Virus record (IMG/VR): IMGVR_UViG_3300045988_131126
Length of the DNA stretch: 64,000 bases
Origin: a virus
Reading direction: 5' to 3' (one strand)
Below the pieces are notes generated by a model. That model made no database searches. It saw nothing but the letters and a program-made list of their open reading frames with translations, and was not told the origin of the DNA. Positions 16,663 through 26,241 of the stretch are shown here, piece by piece. The position numbers and the translations under genes were made by a program. Within the stretch, counting starts at the first letter, position 1; every line of letters begins with the position of its first letter.

Positions 16663-17757
16663 ATGAGTATTTTAATAAAAGGAATAAGCAACTCAAGTGG
16701 ATCATCTAAAGGGTTTCCTGTAGGAAATGTAACCAATGTATCTATATATTATTTAAATAGTAAAGTATATATTAAGTTTTCTGATCCGAATAATACCGTA
16801 GAAAATAATATTACTTTATCCACTTGGTATAGTACTATTATAGTAAGAAAAGAAAATAGTATTCCTACTAATATTAAAGATGGAGATATAATATTAGAAA
16901 ATATTATTAAAGATAAATACAAAGAAACTGATTTTATCGATACAAATATAGAGATCAATCGTACTTATTATTATAGATTTTTTGTTTGCAATACTGATAA
17001 AATATATAATAATAGTAGCGATATGATATATAAAGTAGAAACAAAAAATATAGATAGTAATATAAAAAACAATACATGGGATCAGATAAGCAAAGTTTCA
17101 GAATTAGGCTTAGCTTCTTCTATATGGAAAGTTGGGGATGAAATTAATATTAAATTATCTGGTACATATAATGAAACTATTACTTTACAAATATGGGATT
17201 TTAATCATTTTGATAAAAGTGACGGTAGCGGTAAAGCAGGTATAGTATTCGGAATGAAAAACTTAATGAAAAATACAGATTATATGTCTAAAACTGCAGG
17301 ATATGGAAATGAGGACGGATGGGGAAGCTCATATATGAGAAAAACTGTAATGAATAAAATATATCAATCTATGCCAGATGAAATAAAACCCAAAATTAAA
17401 CAAGTCCATATAGAATCAACAAGAGGCGGCAGTACAGGGGAAGGCGCAGGTATTGGTGTACCTACAGATGACTATATATTTTTACCGGGAAAATGTGAAG
17501 CTTGCTATAGTAAGTCTGAATCGCAGTCAAATTTCCAAAAACGATTCCCTATATTTACAGATGATAGTTCTAGAATAAAGAAATTATCCAATGGTAGCAA
17601 AGCCGTTGAAAGCTGGTGGGTGAGGGATGCTGATGATAGTTATTACACGGCCTATAATTGCATAACAACTGCGGGAAGTACGTCTACAATGTATGGAAAT
17701 CCAAATGGATCTTTTACTGCGTATAAAGCAGGTGTTTGTTTTTGCTTTAATATATAA
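16663..17757 (+). CDS. paralogue of the DGR target protein, on the opposite strand
   Basis: Start moved to MSILIKG (ATG at 16663 after GGAACAGGAGTATATA). Same family motifs. Ends ...AYKAGVCFCFNI. Confidence 0.8.
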   Translation: MSILIKGISNSSGSSKGFPVGNVTNVSIYYLNSKVYIKFSDPNNTVENNITLSTWYSTIIVRKENSIPTNIKDGDIILENIIKDKYKETDFIDTNIEINRTYYYRFFVCNTDKIYNNSSDMIYKVETKNIDSNIKNNTWDQISKVSELGLASSIWKVGDEINIKLSGTYNETITLQIWDFNHFDKSDGSGKAGIVFGMKNLMKNTDYMSKTAGYGNEDGWGSSYMRKTVMNKIYQSMPDEIKPKIKQVHIESTRGGSTGEGAGIGVPTDDYIFLPGKCEACYSKSESQSNFQKRFPIFTDDSSRIKKLSNGSKAVESWWVRDADDSYYTAYNCITTAGSTSTMYGNPNGSFTAYKAGVCFCFNI

Positions 17758-17765
17758 TTTTATAT

Positions 17766-17793
17766 CACAGGTATCTAATGTTAGATACCTGTG
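17766..17793 (+). terminator. rho-independent terminator
   Basis: CACAGGTATCTA atgt TAGATACCTGTG followed by GTTTTCTTTTC. Confidence 0.7.
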
Positions 17794-17857
17794 GTTTTCT
17801 TTTCTTAAACATTATAGTAAGATTTAAAATTTTATTTAAGAAAGGAAATAGATAATC

Positions 17858-19075
17858 ATGGCAATGGAAAATAGATTTGCTTATAGAAACGCCGGTACTG
17901 AAAAAGCTCCAGTATGGCAAGAGTGGCTCGCCGCTACAGTTGCTGACTATGTATTTATGGATGCAACCGGTGATAAAAATATTAAAACATATGTAGACGA
18001 GAAGATTGCTGCACTTATCGGTGGAGCTACACCTGAAACTCTCGATACACTTTCTGAGATTGCTACATGGATTGAATCTCATAAAGAAGTTTCTGATGCT
18101 CTTAATGAAGCAATTACAAAGAAAGCTGATAAAGATCATAGACATGATAATGCTACTGCTTCTGCAGATGGATTTATGTCTAAAGAAGATAAAACTAAGT
18201 TAGATGGTATTGAAGAGGGTGCTAATAAATATACTCATCCAGCAACTCATGCTGCAACAATGATCGTTGAAGATGATAACCATCAGTTTATTACCAAAGC
18301 TCAGAAAGAACAGCTTACAGGTAATATTACTTATACAAATGCTACGCCTATCGTATCTGCTCATGGCGGAGTAGCTGTAGGTGATACATTTGATAATGTA
18401 CCTATCTCTAAAGTACTTGATAAAATCTTATATCCGTATGTAGCACCAGTAGTATCTGCATCTGCAGCTCCTGCTAATGGTGGTACATATGAAATTGGTG
18501 TTGGAACAACTGTTACTTCTGTAACTGCTAACGTTACAAAGAAAGCTAGAACCATCACTAAGGTAGAAGTATTTGGTTCTGACAGTGCTACTGCTCTTGC
18601 TACTAAGACAGATAGTGTTGCTAATGGCGGTGCATTTAAACTTGAGTTTACTAAAGAACTTAAAGCTGCAGCTGCTAACGGAACTAGATTTACTGTAAAA
18701 GTAACTGATTCTGATAATAAAGTAACTTCTGCTAATACAGGTACATTTAGTCTTGTATATCCATTCTATCAGGGTGTTGTTGCTGCTGGCGCTACTGTTG
18801 ATGCAGCTGCAGTTAAAGCTCTGACTAAGAAAGTTGAAGTTAAGGGCAATAAGAAATGGGCTTATACAGCAGCTAACCAGAAAATGGTATTTGCTTATCC
18901 TGCATCTTATGGTAACCTTACAAAGATCTTTGATGCAAATAACTTCGATGTAACTGGTACATTTACTAAGTCTACAGTAAACGTTTCCTGTGCTGATGGA
19001 ACTTCTGTAGCTTATAATGTATATGTAAATAGTGCATCTACAGTATCTGGATTTAATATGGATTTCAGATTCTAA
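17858..19075 (+). CDS. tail fibre / receptor-binding protein (type-A C-terminal module)
   Basis: Contains DK.KLDGIEEGANKYTHPATHAATMIVED..H.F fibre motifs. The C-terminal half is colinear with that of 22776..24428 (AHGG...LDKILYPYVAPVVS...APANGGTYE.G). Confidence 0.75.
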   Translation: MAMENRFAYRNAGTEKAPVWQEWLAATVADYVFMDATGDKNIKTYVDEKIAALIGGATPETLDTLSEIATWIESHKEVSDALNEAITKKADKDHRHDNATASADGFMSKEDKTKLDGIEEGANKYTHPATHAATMIVEDDNHQFITKAQKEQLTGNITYTNATPIVSAHGGVAVGDTFDNVPISKVLDKILYPYVAPVVSASAAPANGGTYEIGVGTTVTSVTANVTKKARTITKVEVFGSDSATALATKTDSVANGGAFKLEFTKELKAAAANGTRFTVKVTDSDNKVTSANTGTFSLVYPFYQGVVAAGATVDAAAVKALTKKVEVKGNKKWAYTAANQKMVFAYPASYGNLTKIFDANNFDVTGTFTKSTVNVSCADGTSVAYNVYVNSASTVSGFNMDFRF

Positions 19076-19130
19076 TTAATCCTATTTATGAAGATTTATA
19101 ACAATAAATTTTGAAAGTGAGGAAAATAAC

Positions 19131-20180
19131 ATGGCTTTTGCTGATAAAAAAGGTATTGCTTTAGCTGGTGGTTTTAAACTTCAGGCGGAATCTCCACTTG
19201 ATGCCAGACAGCAGGTAGATACTATTGAAGAAAGAGACGAACTTGTTACATTACATGCTGCCTGGGAAGGTATGCAGGTTTATGTAAAAGCTGATAAGAA
19301 AACTTATGAATACCATGGAGCAGATGGTTGGTCTGCAACAGTAACTGGTGTTGCATATGTTCATCCTACAACTGCTGGTAATAAACATATTCCAGCTGGT
19401 GGTGCTACAGGAAATATCCTTGGGTATGCTGCTGATGGTACTGCTAAATGGTTAGCTCCAGACAAGACTACTGTAGGTCTTGATAAAGTAGACAATACAT
19501 CCGATAAGGATAAACCTGTATCCACAGCTCAGAAAGCTGCTCTCGATAAGAAAGTAGATAAAGTTGAGGGTAAAGGATTATCTGCAAATGATTACACAGA
19601 TGAGGAAAAAGCTAAATTAGCAGGTATCGAAGATAATGCTAATAATTACGTTCATCCGGAAAATCATCCAGCATCTATGATTACTGAGACTGAGACTCTT
19701 AAAGTAATGACAGCTGCTGAGAGAACTAAACTTAAAGGCATCGAAGAGGGTGCTAATAAGTATACACATCCAGCTAGTCATCCAGCAACAATGATCACAG
19801 AAGATGCTACTCATAGATTCTTAACAGATGATGAGAGAACAAAACTTGAGGGCATTGAAGCTGGTGCTAATAAATATACTCATCCAGCAACTCATTCTAT
19901 CGATATGATTACTGAGACTGAGACTCTTAAAGTAATGACAGCTGCTGAGAGAACTAAACTTAAAGGCATCGAAGAGGGTGCTAATAAGTATACACATCCA
20001 GCTAGTCATCCAGCAACAATGATCACAGAAGATGCTACTCATAGATTTGCTACAGATACAGAAAAGACTGCATGGAATGCTAAAGCAGATGTATTATTTG
20101 CTGATGAAGCTCCTGCTACAGCTCCTGCTGGTGCTATTCTGTATTGTACAAAACGTCTTGCAGCTGCTGCTAAATCTTGA
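19131..20180 (+). CDS. tail fibre protein (type-B N-terminal module) with repeated H-P-x-x-H motifs
   Basis: The N-terminus MAFADKKGIALAGGFKLQAESPLDARQQVDTIEERDELVTLHAAWEGMQVYV is shared with 21611..22756 and 24529..26109. There are five GANxY.HP..H...MI motifs. Confidence 0.75.
   Translation: MAFADKKGIALAGGFKLQAESPLDARQQVDTIEERDELVTLHAAWEGMQVYVKADKKTYEYHGADGWSATVTGVAYVHPTTAGNKHIPAGGATGNILGYAADGTAKWLAPDKTTVGLDKVDNTSDKDKPVSTAQKAALDKKVDKVEGKGLSANDYTDEEKAKLAGIEDNANNYVHPENHPASMITETETLKVMTAAERTKLKGIEEGANKYTHPASHPATMITEDATHRFLTDDERTKLEGIEAGANKYTHPATHSIDMITETETLKVMTAAERTKLKGIEEGANKYTHPASHPATMITEDATHRFATDTEKTAWNAKADVLFADEAPATAPAGAILYCTKRLAAAAKS
19676..20047 (+). repeat. perfect 144-bp direct repeat (19676-19819 and 19904-20047), period 228 bp, inside the fibre gene
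   Basis: Both copies read TATGATTACTGAGACTGAGACTCTTAAAGTAATGACAGCTGCTGAGAG...GATGCTACTCATAGATT with no mismatch that I could see. Confidence 0.8.
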
Positions 20181-20215
20181 GAAGCATTTCGTAGTTACAG
20201 ATTAAAATAAATATT

Positions 20216-20240
20216 CCCGTATAGCATAATGCTATACGGG
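20216..20240. terminator. bidirectional terminator between convergent fibre genes
   Basis: CCCGTATAGCAT a ATGCTATACGGG followed by ATTCTTTTT. Confidence 0.65.
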
Positions 20241-20251
20241 ATTCTTTTTGT

Positions 20252-21187
20252 TTATAGCGGCTTCCATGAATCATTTACTTTTGTATAAGCAGAAGTGATT
20301 TGTTTCCATGAACCATTTACTTTTATATACATAGCTGAAGCAGTTTTAATAGATCCACCAACTTTTATCTTTAGGTTTGGACACACTTGGCAATCTATAA
20401 CTGTTATACGGCAATATCCATTCCCAGCATGACCTGTTTCCGAGCTTCCTGTAGGGCTTGTAAATGAAGTCCCTCCATTTTTCATAGATGCACTAGCTAA
20501 ATAATCATCTGCTGTTAAAAGACATCCAGAAGGATAATTTCCTTTGGTACTACTTGTGTAGATATATCCAGAACCACCAGCTCCACCTTTATCATCGTCA
20601 CCTGAACCGTCTGGATATGATCCACCACCGCCATACCATCCGCCACCTCCGGCTCCAGCGTAACCAGAAGCGTAATAAGTTCCTTTACCACCAGCTCCAA
20701 ATGATCCTGGATTTCCAGAACCACCTGAGCCACCAGCCTTTTGTGTACCTCCGCCTCCGGCAGTACCATATCCATTACTTGGTGATTGTCCAGTGTCACC
20801 ACCGCCATATCCACCTTGGCTAGATGATGCTCCATCGGATCCACCACCACCAGCTACAATTACTCTTGCATATAACGAATCTTTTCTTAAGCGGATATCG
20901 GATCCACCACCTCCACCATTATATGTCTCTCTAGATCCACCACCATTGAATCCACCACTGGTTTTACCAGTATTACCTGCGCCACCAGCGTATACATATA
21001 CAGTAGTTTTAGATTTTAAAGTTAGAGTACCAACAGAATATCCACCCATTCCACCATATGATGATGAAGATCTATATCCACCTTGAGCACCCCATACTTC
21101 TAATTTATAAGTACCCTTCGGCAAAGTTACTGTTTGAACTTTACCTGTATATGCAAAATTTAGTTTATCGCCTTTTTTAATAGCCAT
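20252..21187 (-). CDS. glycine-rich domain protein (Gly_rich family-like), probable fibre or tail accessory protein
   Basis: TVTLPKGTYKLEVWGAQGG ... GGYSVGTLTL ... VYVYAGGAGN ... GGGGSDIRL ... VIVAGGGGSDG, the pattern of the glycine-rich beta-sandwich family common in phage tail loci. Confidence 0.65.
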   Translation of the reverse strand: MAIKKGDKLNFAYTGKVQTVTLPKGTYKLEVWGAQGGYRSSSSYGGMGGYSVGTLTLKSKTTVYVYAGGAGNTGKTSGGFNGGGSRETYNGGGGGSDIRLRKDSLYARVIVAGGGGSDGASSSQGGYGGGDTGQSPSNGYGTAGGGGTQKAGGSGGSGNPGSFGAGGKGTYYASGYAGAGGGGWYGGGGSYPDGSGDDDKGGAGGSGYIYTSSTKGNYPSGCLLTADDYLASASMKNGGTSFTSPTGSSETGHAGNGYCRITVIDCQVCPNLKIKVGGSIKTASAMYIKVNGSWKQITSAYTKVNDSWKPL

Positions 21188-21546
21188 TATTCATACACCA
21201 CCCATATATCTCCATTTACCCCATCTGAAGATGATGGAGCTGATGTAGAGACAGTAATATTTCTAATTTGACTAGAATTTGTATTACTTTGATAAGATGA
21301 AACTTTTCCACTTACAATAGGTCTATTTGATAAATTATTATAATCAGATACAACTTTTATTGTCGTTGCAGTACCATTTACAGTTATATATCCACTTGTA
21401 TTAAGTCCAAGTGTAGGAGTTTTTCCTTCTGCTACTATACCTGTGTCTGTTCCATTAATGATCCAATGTTTTGTATTGTCATCTATCGATATACTAGGAG
21501 TAGTACCTGCTCCTGCTATCATTTCAGCTCCTTGATAAAGTCCCAT
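21187..21546 (-). CDS. hypothetical tail-locus protein
   Basis: Track ORF. The stop/start overlap with the glycine-rich gene suggests translational coupling. Confidence 0.55.
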   Translation of the reverse strand: MGLYQGAEMIAGAGTTPSISIDDNTKHWIINGTDTGIVAEGKTPTLGLNTSGYITVNGTATTIKVVSDYNNLSNRPIVSGKVSSYQSNTNSSQIRNITVSTSAPSSSDGVNGDIWVVYE

Positions 21547-21610
21547 GTTATTTTACCTCCTTTAAATTACACCTGGAATATATCATTATTATATTCCAGG
21601 TATTTTATTT

Positions 21611-22756
21611 TTAATCATTTCTCACAATTGCTTCTATAGGTATATTAATACTTGGTTTATCTCCATATGCTTTAAGTGTAACGCTATTTGCAGCTTGTGT
21701 ACCATTTACGATACCAGCAGCCATCCAAGCTTCTACTTGAGCATTTGTGGCAGAACCTGGTATTAATATTTCTACATTATTAGATGTAGTTACGCCGTTA
21801 ATACTTAACGTGATAGTGTATGGTGCACTAGACCCAGACCAAGAACTTGCATTCATAGTAGCAGAAACTTTAGAAGATTTATTGACTTTTGCACCCAATA
21901 AAGCATTAGTTTTACTACTAGAATATGCAGTACTTGTACTTGATATAGAATCGTTTATAATTGTAGCAGAATCGAAATCGTCTGTTACATAATAATATTT
22001 ATTAGGATCGTAAGTGTTATTGGCTAATAACTTATTATATTCTACTCTTGTAATTGATATAGCATCGGATGGAACATCACCCCATACAGCTGTACCATCA
22101 GCACTCCATCTAAGAACTTTTCCTGAGGAACCACCAGATGGAATATGCTTATTGCCAGAAGATGTAGGATGAGTATATTTATTAGCACCACTTGCTATAC
22201 CATCTAATTTGGTTTTATCTGCGGCTGTCATAAGACCATGCGCTGATGTAGTGGCGTCGTTATAAGTAGTGTCTGTTGGTTTAGCCCAAACATTATCTCC
22301 TCTTAAGAATAACCCTTGTGCTCCTTTAGCAGGTGCTGGTACTAAACCTGTACCACCAGCAGCATCAGCAGTAGCTGCTTTAAATACTCCATATTTAGTA
22401 TCAGAACCAGGTATACCTAATGCTGTAATATCTGCTTTTGTAACTGCAGTAGCAGCACTTACATGTCCTGTACCATCTACTGTTACTTTATATAATCCTG
22501 ATGCTCTAGCTGTATAAGTAGGGTGAGTATACATCGAACCAGCCAATACTGGAGTCCATGTAGTTCCCCCTCTATATTCATAAGTTTTCTTATCAGTTTT
22601 TACATATACATGCATACCTTCCCAGGCGGCATTAATAGTAACAAGCTCGTCTCTTTCTGTTATAGTATCTACAACTCTTCTTAAATCAAGCGGACTCTGA
22701 GCTTGATACTTGAATCCGCTTGCGAGAGAGATACCGGTTTTACTAGAAAATCCCAT
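21611..22756 (-). CDS. tail fibre protein (type-B N-terminal module)
   Basis: N-terminus MGFSSKTGISLASGFKYQAQSPLDLRRVVDTITERDELVTINAAWEGMHVYV. One YKVTVDGTGHVSAATAVTKADITALGIPG module. The C-terminal ...SGWSGS.APYT..I.V.GVT..NNVEILIP is shared with 24529..26109. Confidence 0.75.
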   Translation of the reverse strand: MGFSSKTGISLASGFKYQAQSPLDLRRVVDTITERDELVTINAAWEGMHVYVKTDKKTYEYRGGTTWTPVLAGSMYTHPTYTARASGLYKVTVDGTGHVSAATAVTKADITALGIPGSDTKYGVFKAATADAAGGTGLVPAPAKGAQGLFLRGDNVWAKPTDTTYNDATTSAHGLMTAADKTKLDGIASGANKYTHPTSSGNKHIPSGGSSGKVLRWSADGTAVWGDVPSDAISITRVEYNKLLANNTYDPNKYYYVTDDFDSATIINDSISSTSTAYSSSKTNALLGAKVNKSSKVSATMNASSWSGSSAPYTITLSINGVTTSNNVEILIPGSATNAQVEAWMAAGIVNGTQAANSVTLKAYGDKPSINIPIEAIVRND

Positions 22757-22775
22757 ATCTACAATTCTCCTTTAT

Positions 22776-24428
22776 TTAATATTTGACGCTTACTGTAAAA
22801 TTATTTACTGTTGAAGCTTCATTTACATATACGAAGTATTGTATATCGTCATCTCCAAATCTCATAGAAACCATATATCTAGTAAATGTATCCGTAATAT
22901 TAAAACCATTTGGATCCATAATACTTGATATCTGACCATAAGACGCAGGATATGCTATCATTAATCTTTGATTATCAGAATTAAATGTCAAAGATCTATT
23001 CGCTTTCGTTTGTACTAATTTAGTAGTATTTTTTACAGCAGCTTCATCTATAGCAGCATCTTTGTCAATAGCTCCATACCACATAGGATATATTACATAA
23101 AATGCTCCAGAATCAGCTGTAACTGTTTTGCCACTAGAATCAGTAATTCTAGCTCGAATTCTAAGATTGCTTGTTAATTTATCTAATACTTTAGATATAG
23201 TATAATTGAACGTACCACCATCTTTAACCCCATCAGTCTGAGTTGCAAGTGGTCCACTAATGTCTTCAGTATTAAATATTTCAATTTTAGTAATATCTTT
23301 AGATTTCTTCGTAACTCCAACTCTTACACTAGTAATTGTCGGATTTGTTCCAAATTCATAGGTACCACCATTAGCAGGAGCTGTAACTGTACAACTTACT
23401 ACAGGAGGTACATAAGGATATAAAATATCTCCAAGAATTTCTGCTAATGCTTTATTATTAAAAGTTGTACCAGCAGGAATTCCTCCATGCGCAGTTAAAG
23501 TAGGCTGATCATTTGTATATCTTAATAATCCTTTATCAGCCTTACTTATAAACTGCTTTTCGTCAGTCTCTAATATCATATCGGCAGAATGAGTATTTGG
23601 ATGAGTATAATTATTTGCTCCTTCCTCAATACCATTAAGCTTCCTAAACATTTCAGGACTCATAAGACCTGATTTTGTACTGTCAACGACACTTGTGGTT
23701 ACATCGCTCTTATTAGCTGGTGTATACCCTAAAGCATTCGTAATATCATCTTTTTCTAAATGTCTCCAATCCACTTCCCCAGGCATAGAACCAGCACTTA
23801 AAAACTTACCTTTATTGGTAGTCCCAGTAGCAGGTATATGCATATTTCCATCTCCTGTAGGATGGATATAATGATTAGCATTATCATCAATATTATTTAA
23901 TTTATCCAATTGAGATTGAGTAATAAATTGATGACTAGCATCAGTAATAATATTAGAAATGTCTACTTGTAATCTCAGATCTGTTTTTGTAACAGATCCA
24001 TCCTCATTGTGTTTAAAAGTACGAATTTTTTCTATACTATTACCATCTTTGCTCAGTAAAAACATTACGTCATTATCATTAGGAGAAGCTTCGTTGTCCT
24101 CTCCTACATATATTTTACTGAAAAGCTTTACAAATTCTTCTTTACTGTTATTCAGTATAGTTTTCATATCTGCACTAGACAGATTAGTTCTTGGCAATAT
24201 AAAATCCATAGTAATATTGTCTTGATTATAAGTAACAGTAATGCTAGGATTCTCTGTATTTTCTGCGACTTTTATAGTACCGATTTCGATACGTCTATTC
24301 GCATCATAGATACCTTGCTCCATGTGATTTGCTTTCTCTAAAGTGAGAATAGCATCATTTTCTAAGTTTTCTGAGAAGGTCTTTGAATCATCATAGTTAT
24401 TCCATCTATTTTTCGTATAGTTAACCAT
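22776..24428 (-). CDS. tail fibre / receptor-binding protein (type-A C-terminal module)
   Basis: Fibre motifs (NNIDDNANHYIHPTGDGNMHIP, GIEEGANNYTHPNTHSADMI) and a C-terminal half colinear with 17858..19075. Confidence 0.75.
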   Translation of the reverse strand: MVNYTKNRWNNYDDSKTFSENLENDAILTLEKANHMEQGIYDANRRIEIGTIKVAENTENPSITVTYNQDNITMDFILPRTNLSSADMKTILNNSKEEFVKLFSKIYVGEDNEASPNDNDVMFLLSKDGNSIEKIRTFKHNEDGSVTKTDLRLQVDISNIITDASHQFITQSQLDKLNNIDDNANHYIHPTGDGNMHIPATGTTNKGKFLSAGSMPGEVDWRHLEKDDITNALGYTPANKSDVTTSVVDSTKSGLMSPEMFRKLNGIEEGANNYTHPNTHSADMILETDEKQFISKADKGLLRYTNDQPTLTAHGGIPAGTTFNNKALAEILGDILYPYVPPVVSCTVTAPANGGTYEFGTNPTITSVRVGVTKKSKDITKIEIFNTEDISGPLATQTDGVKDGGTFNYTISKVLDKLTSNLRIRARITDSSGKTVTADSGAFYVIYPMWYGAIDKDAAIDEAAVKNTTKLVQTKANRSLTFNSDNQRLMIAYPASYGQISSIMDPNGFNITDTFTRYMVSMRFGDDDIQYFVYVNEASTVNNFTVSVKY

Positions 24429-24528
24429 TTCGGAACCTCCATATTATTTAATATTACTTAGATGTGCACAAAAGTCCATGTTAAATAAAAACCATCTTAC
24501 TCTAAAAAATGAGTAAGATGGTTTATTC

Positions 24529-26109
24529 CTAAATATCTTTTCTTATAATACATTCTATAGGTATATCAATTGATGGTTTGTCACCATATGCTTTTAAAGT
24601 AATACTATTAGTCGCCTGTGATCCGCATAATATACCAGCAGACATCCAAGATTCTGCTTGTGCCGCTGTAACTGTACTCGGAATCAAAATCTCAACATTA
24701 TTAGTTGCAGTAACTCCAGATACAGCTATAGTATTAGTATAAGGAGAAGCTGTTCCACTCCATCCAGAAGCTGATAATGTAACACTAGCCTTTGCCGATT
24801 TACCGGTATAATTAGCATCTATAGCTTTCTGAGTTAATGTGCCATCTGTAGCAGATCCAGTTCCTGCGTATAATTTAGTTGTACCAGAATAAGATGCGGT
24901 ACCTACAGTATAAGTAGTATTAGTATCTTGTCCTGGTATTCCTAATGCTGTAATATCAGATTTACTGATAGCTGTAGCAGATTTAATATGACCATTTACA
25001 TCAATTTGTATTTTATATAATCCTAATCCTTTTTCAGGATATGTAGGATGTACATATTTATTTGCTCCTTCGGCTATACCATTTAATTTGACTTTATCCG
25101 TTGCAGTCATAAGACCATTAGCAGTCGTTGTTGCTGCACCATAAGTTACAACTGTATCTTGTCCTGGTATTCCTAATGCTGTAATATCTGCTTTTGTAAC
25201 TGCTGTAGCTGCTGATACGTGACCTGTACCATCTACTGTTACTTTATATAATCCTGATGTTTTAGCTGTATATCCAGGATGTACATATTTATTTGCTCCG
25301 GCTGTAATACCATCTAACTTAGATTTATCTGTAGTGCTCATTAAACCGTCTTTAGATGCAGTAGCAACGCCATACGTAGTATCAGGTGGAGTTGCCCAAG
25401 TAGCATCTCCTCTTAAAAATTGTGATTGATTTTCTGAATATGGAGCAGGCACTAACCCATTAGTACCATTAGCACTTGACGTAGCTCCTCTAAAATTACT
25501 GTAAGTAGTATCAGTATTAGCTCCTGGTATTCCTAATGCTGTAATATCCGATTTAGTTACAGCAGCCGTATCACTTACATGACCAGTATCGTCTACTACT
25601 ATTTTATATAACCCAGAAGTTTTAGGTGCATATGATGGATGTGTATAGGTAAAATTATTAGCATTTTTAGCTATACCATCCAATTTAACCTTATCAGCAG
25701 AACTCATTAAACCAGGGTCTGTTGCGCTTACTAAAGTATACGTAGTATCAGTATTAGCTCCTGGTATTCCTAATGCAGTAATGTCAGATTTAGTAACAGA
25801 TGATACATCGCTTACATGTCCTGTGTCGTCTACTGTTATTTTATATAGACCATTGCTTCTTTTAGTATATTTAGGATGTATATATTTGCTTCCAGTAATG
25901 ACTTCTTCCCATGTTTTGTTTCCTTTATATTCATATGTCTTTTTGGTATTGGTTACATAAACATGCATACCTTCCCAAGCAGCGTTAATAGTAACAAGCT
26001 CGTCTCTTTCCGCTATAGTATCTACTCTATTTCTAACGTCAAGTGGGACTTCCGCTTGTAATTTAAAGCCGCCTGCCATAGCAATTCCTTTTCTATTAGA
26101 AAATCCCAT
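24529..26109 (-). CDS. tail fibre protein (type-B N-terminus) with four tandem YK.TVD.TGHVS....VTK.DITALGIPG modules
   Basis: Track ORF. The ITALGIPG module occurs four times. The corresponding DNA core cctggtattcctaatgc(t/a)gtaat(a/g)tc recurs at about 24930, 25160, 25520 and 25760. Confidence 0.75.
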   Translation of the reverse strand: MGFSNRKGIAMAGGFKLQAEVPLDVRNRVDTIAERDELVTINAAWEGMHVYVTNTKKTYEYKGNKTWEEVITGSKYIHPKYTKRSNGLYKITVDDTGHVSDVSSVTKSDITALGIPGANTDTTYTLVSATDPGLMSSADKVKLDGIAKNANNFTYTHPSYAPKTSGLYKIVVDDTGHVSDTAAVTKSDITALGIPGANTDTTYSNFRGATSSANGTNGLVPAPYSENQSQFLRGDATWATPPDTTYGVATASKDGLMSTTDKSKLDGITAGANKYVHPGYTAKTSGLYKVTVDGTGHVSAATAVTKADITALGIPGQDTVVTYGAATTTANGLMTATDKVKLNGIAEGANKYVHPTYPEKGLGLYKIQIDVNGHIKSATAISKSDITALGIPGQDTNTTYTVGTASYSGTTKLYAGTGSATDGTLTQKAIDANYTGKSAKASVTLSASGWSGTASPYTNTIAVSGVTATNNVEILIPSTVTAAQAESWMSAGILCGSQATNSITLKAYGDKPSIDIPIECIIRKDI

Positions 26110-26241
26110 ATTAGCAAAGCTCCTTTTATTTTTATTAATATAAAAATTTATATTATTTATAAGTTTACCATACTTAATACCTCAGCTTTTGTATTATATA
26201 GTATCCCGAAACAATTAAATAATTCGAAAGGAGGTACAGAT

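Noticed and set aside
17765-18145. A 126-aa minus-strand ORF overlaps the start of the fibre gene.
   Set aside because: It has no SD, its composition is Cys- and Phe-rich, it overlaps a well-supported plus-strand gene, and it crosses a plus-strand terminator.
20515-21086. Three track ORFs lie inside or antisense to the glycine-rich gene (20515..20850, 20554..20823, 20793..21086).
   Set aside because: They are by-products of the GGN-repeat codon bias. Their P-rich or H-rich products are low-complexity mirror frames, and the 311-aa glycine-rich frame has the recognisable family pattern.
17858-24428. Oppositely oriented homologous fibre modules might form an invertible, shufflon-like switch.
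   Set aside because: The inverted homologous segments are only moderately similar at DNA level (about 75% by eye). No short crisp inverted repeats were seen, and no invertase or recombinase gene is in the window.
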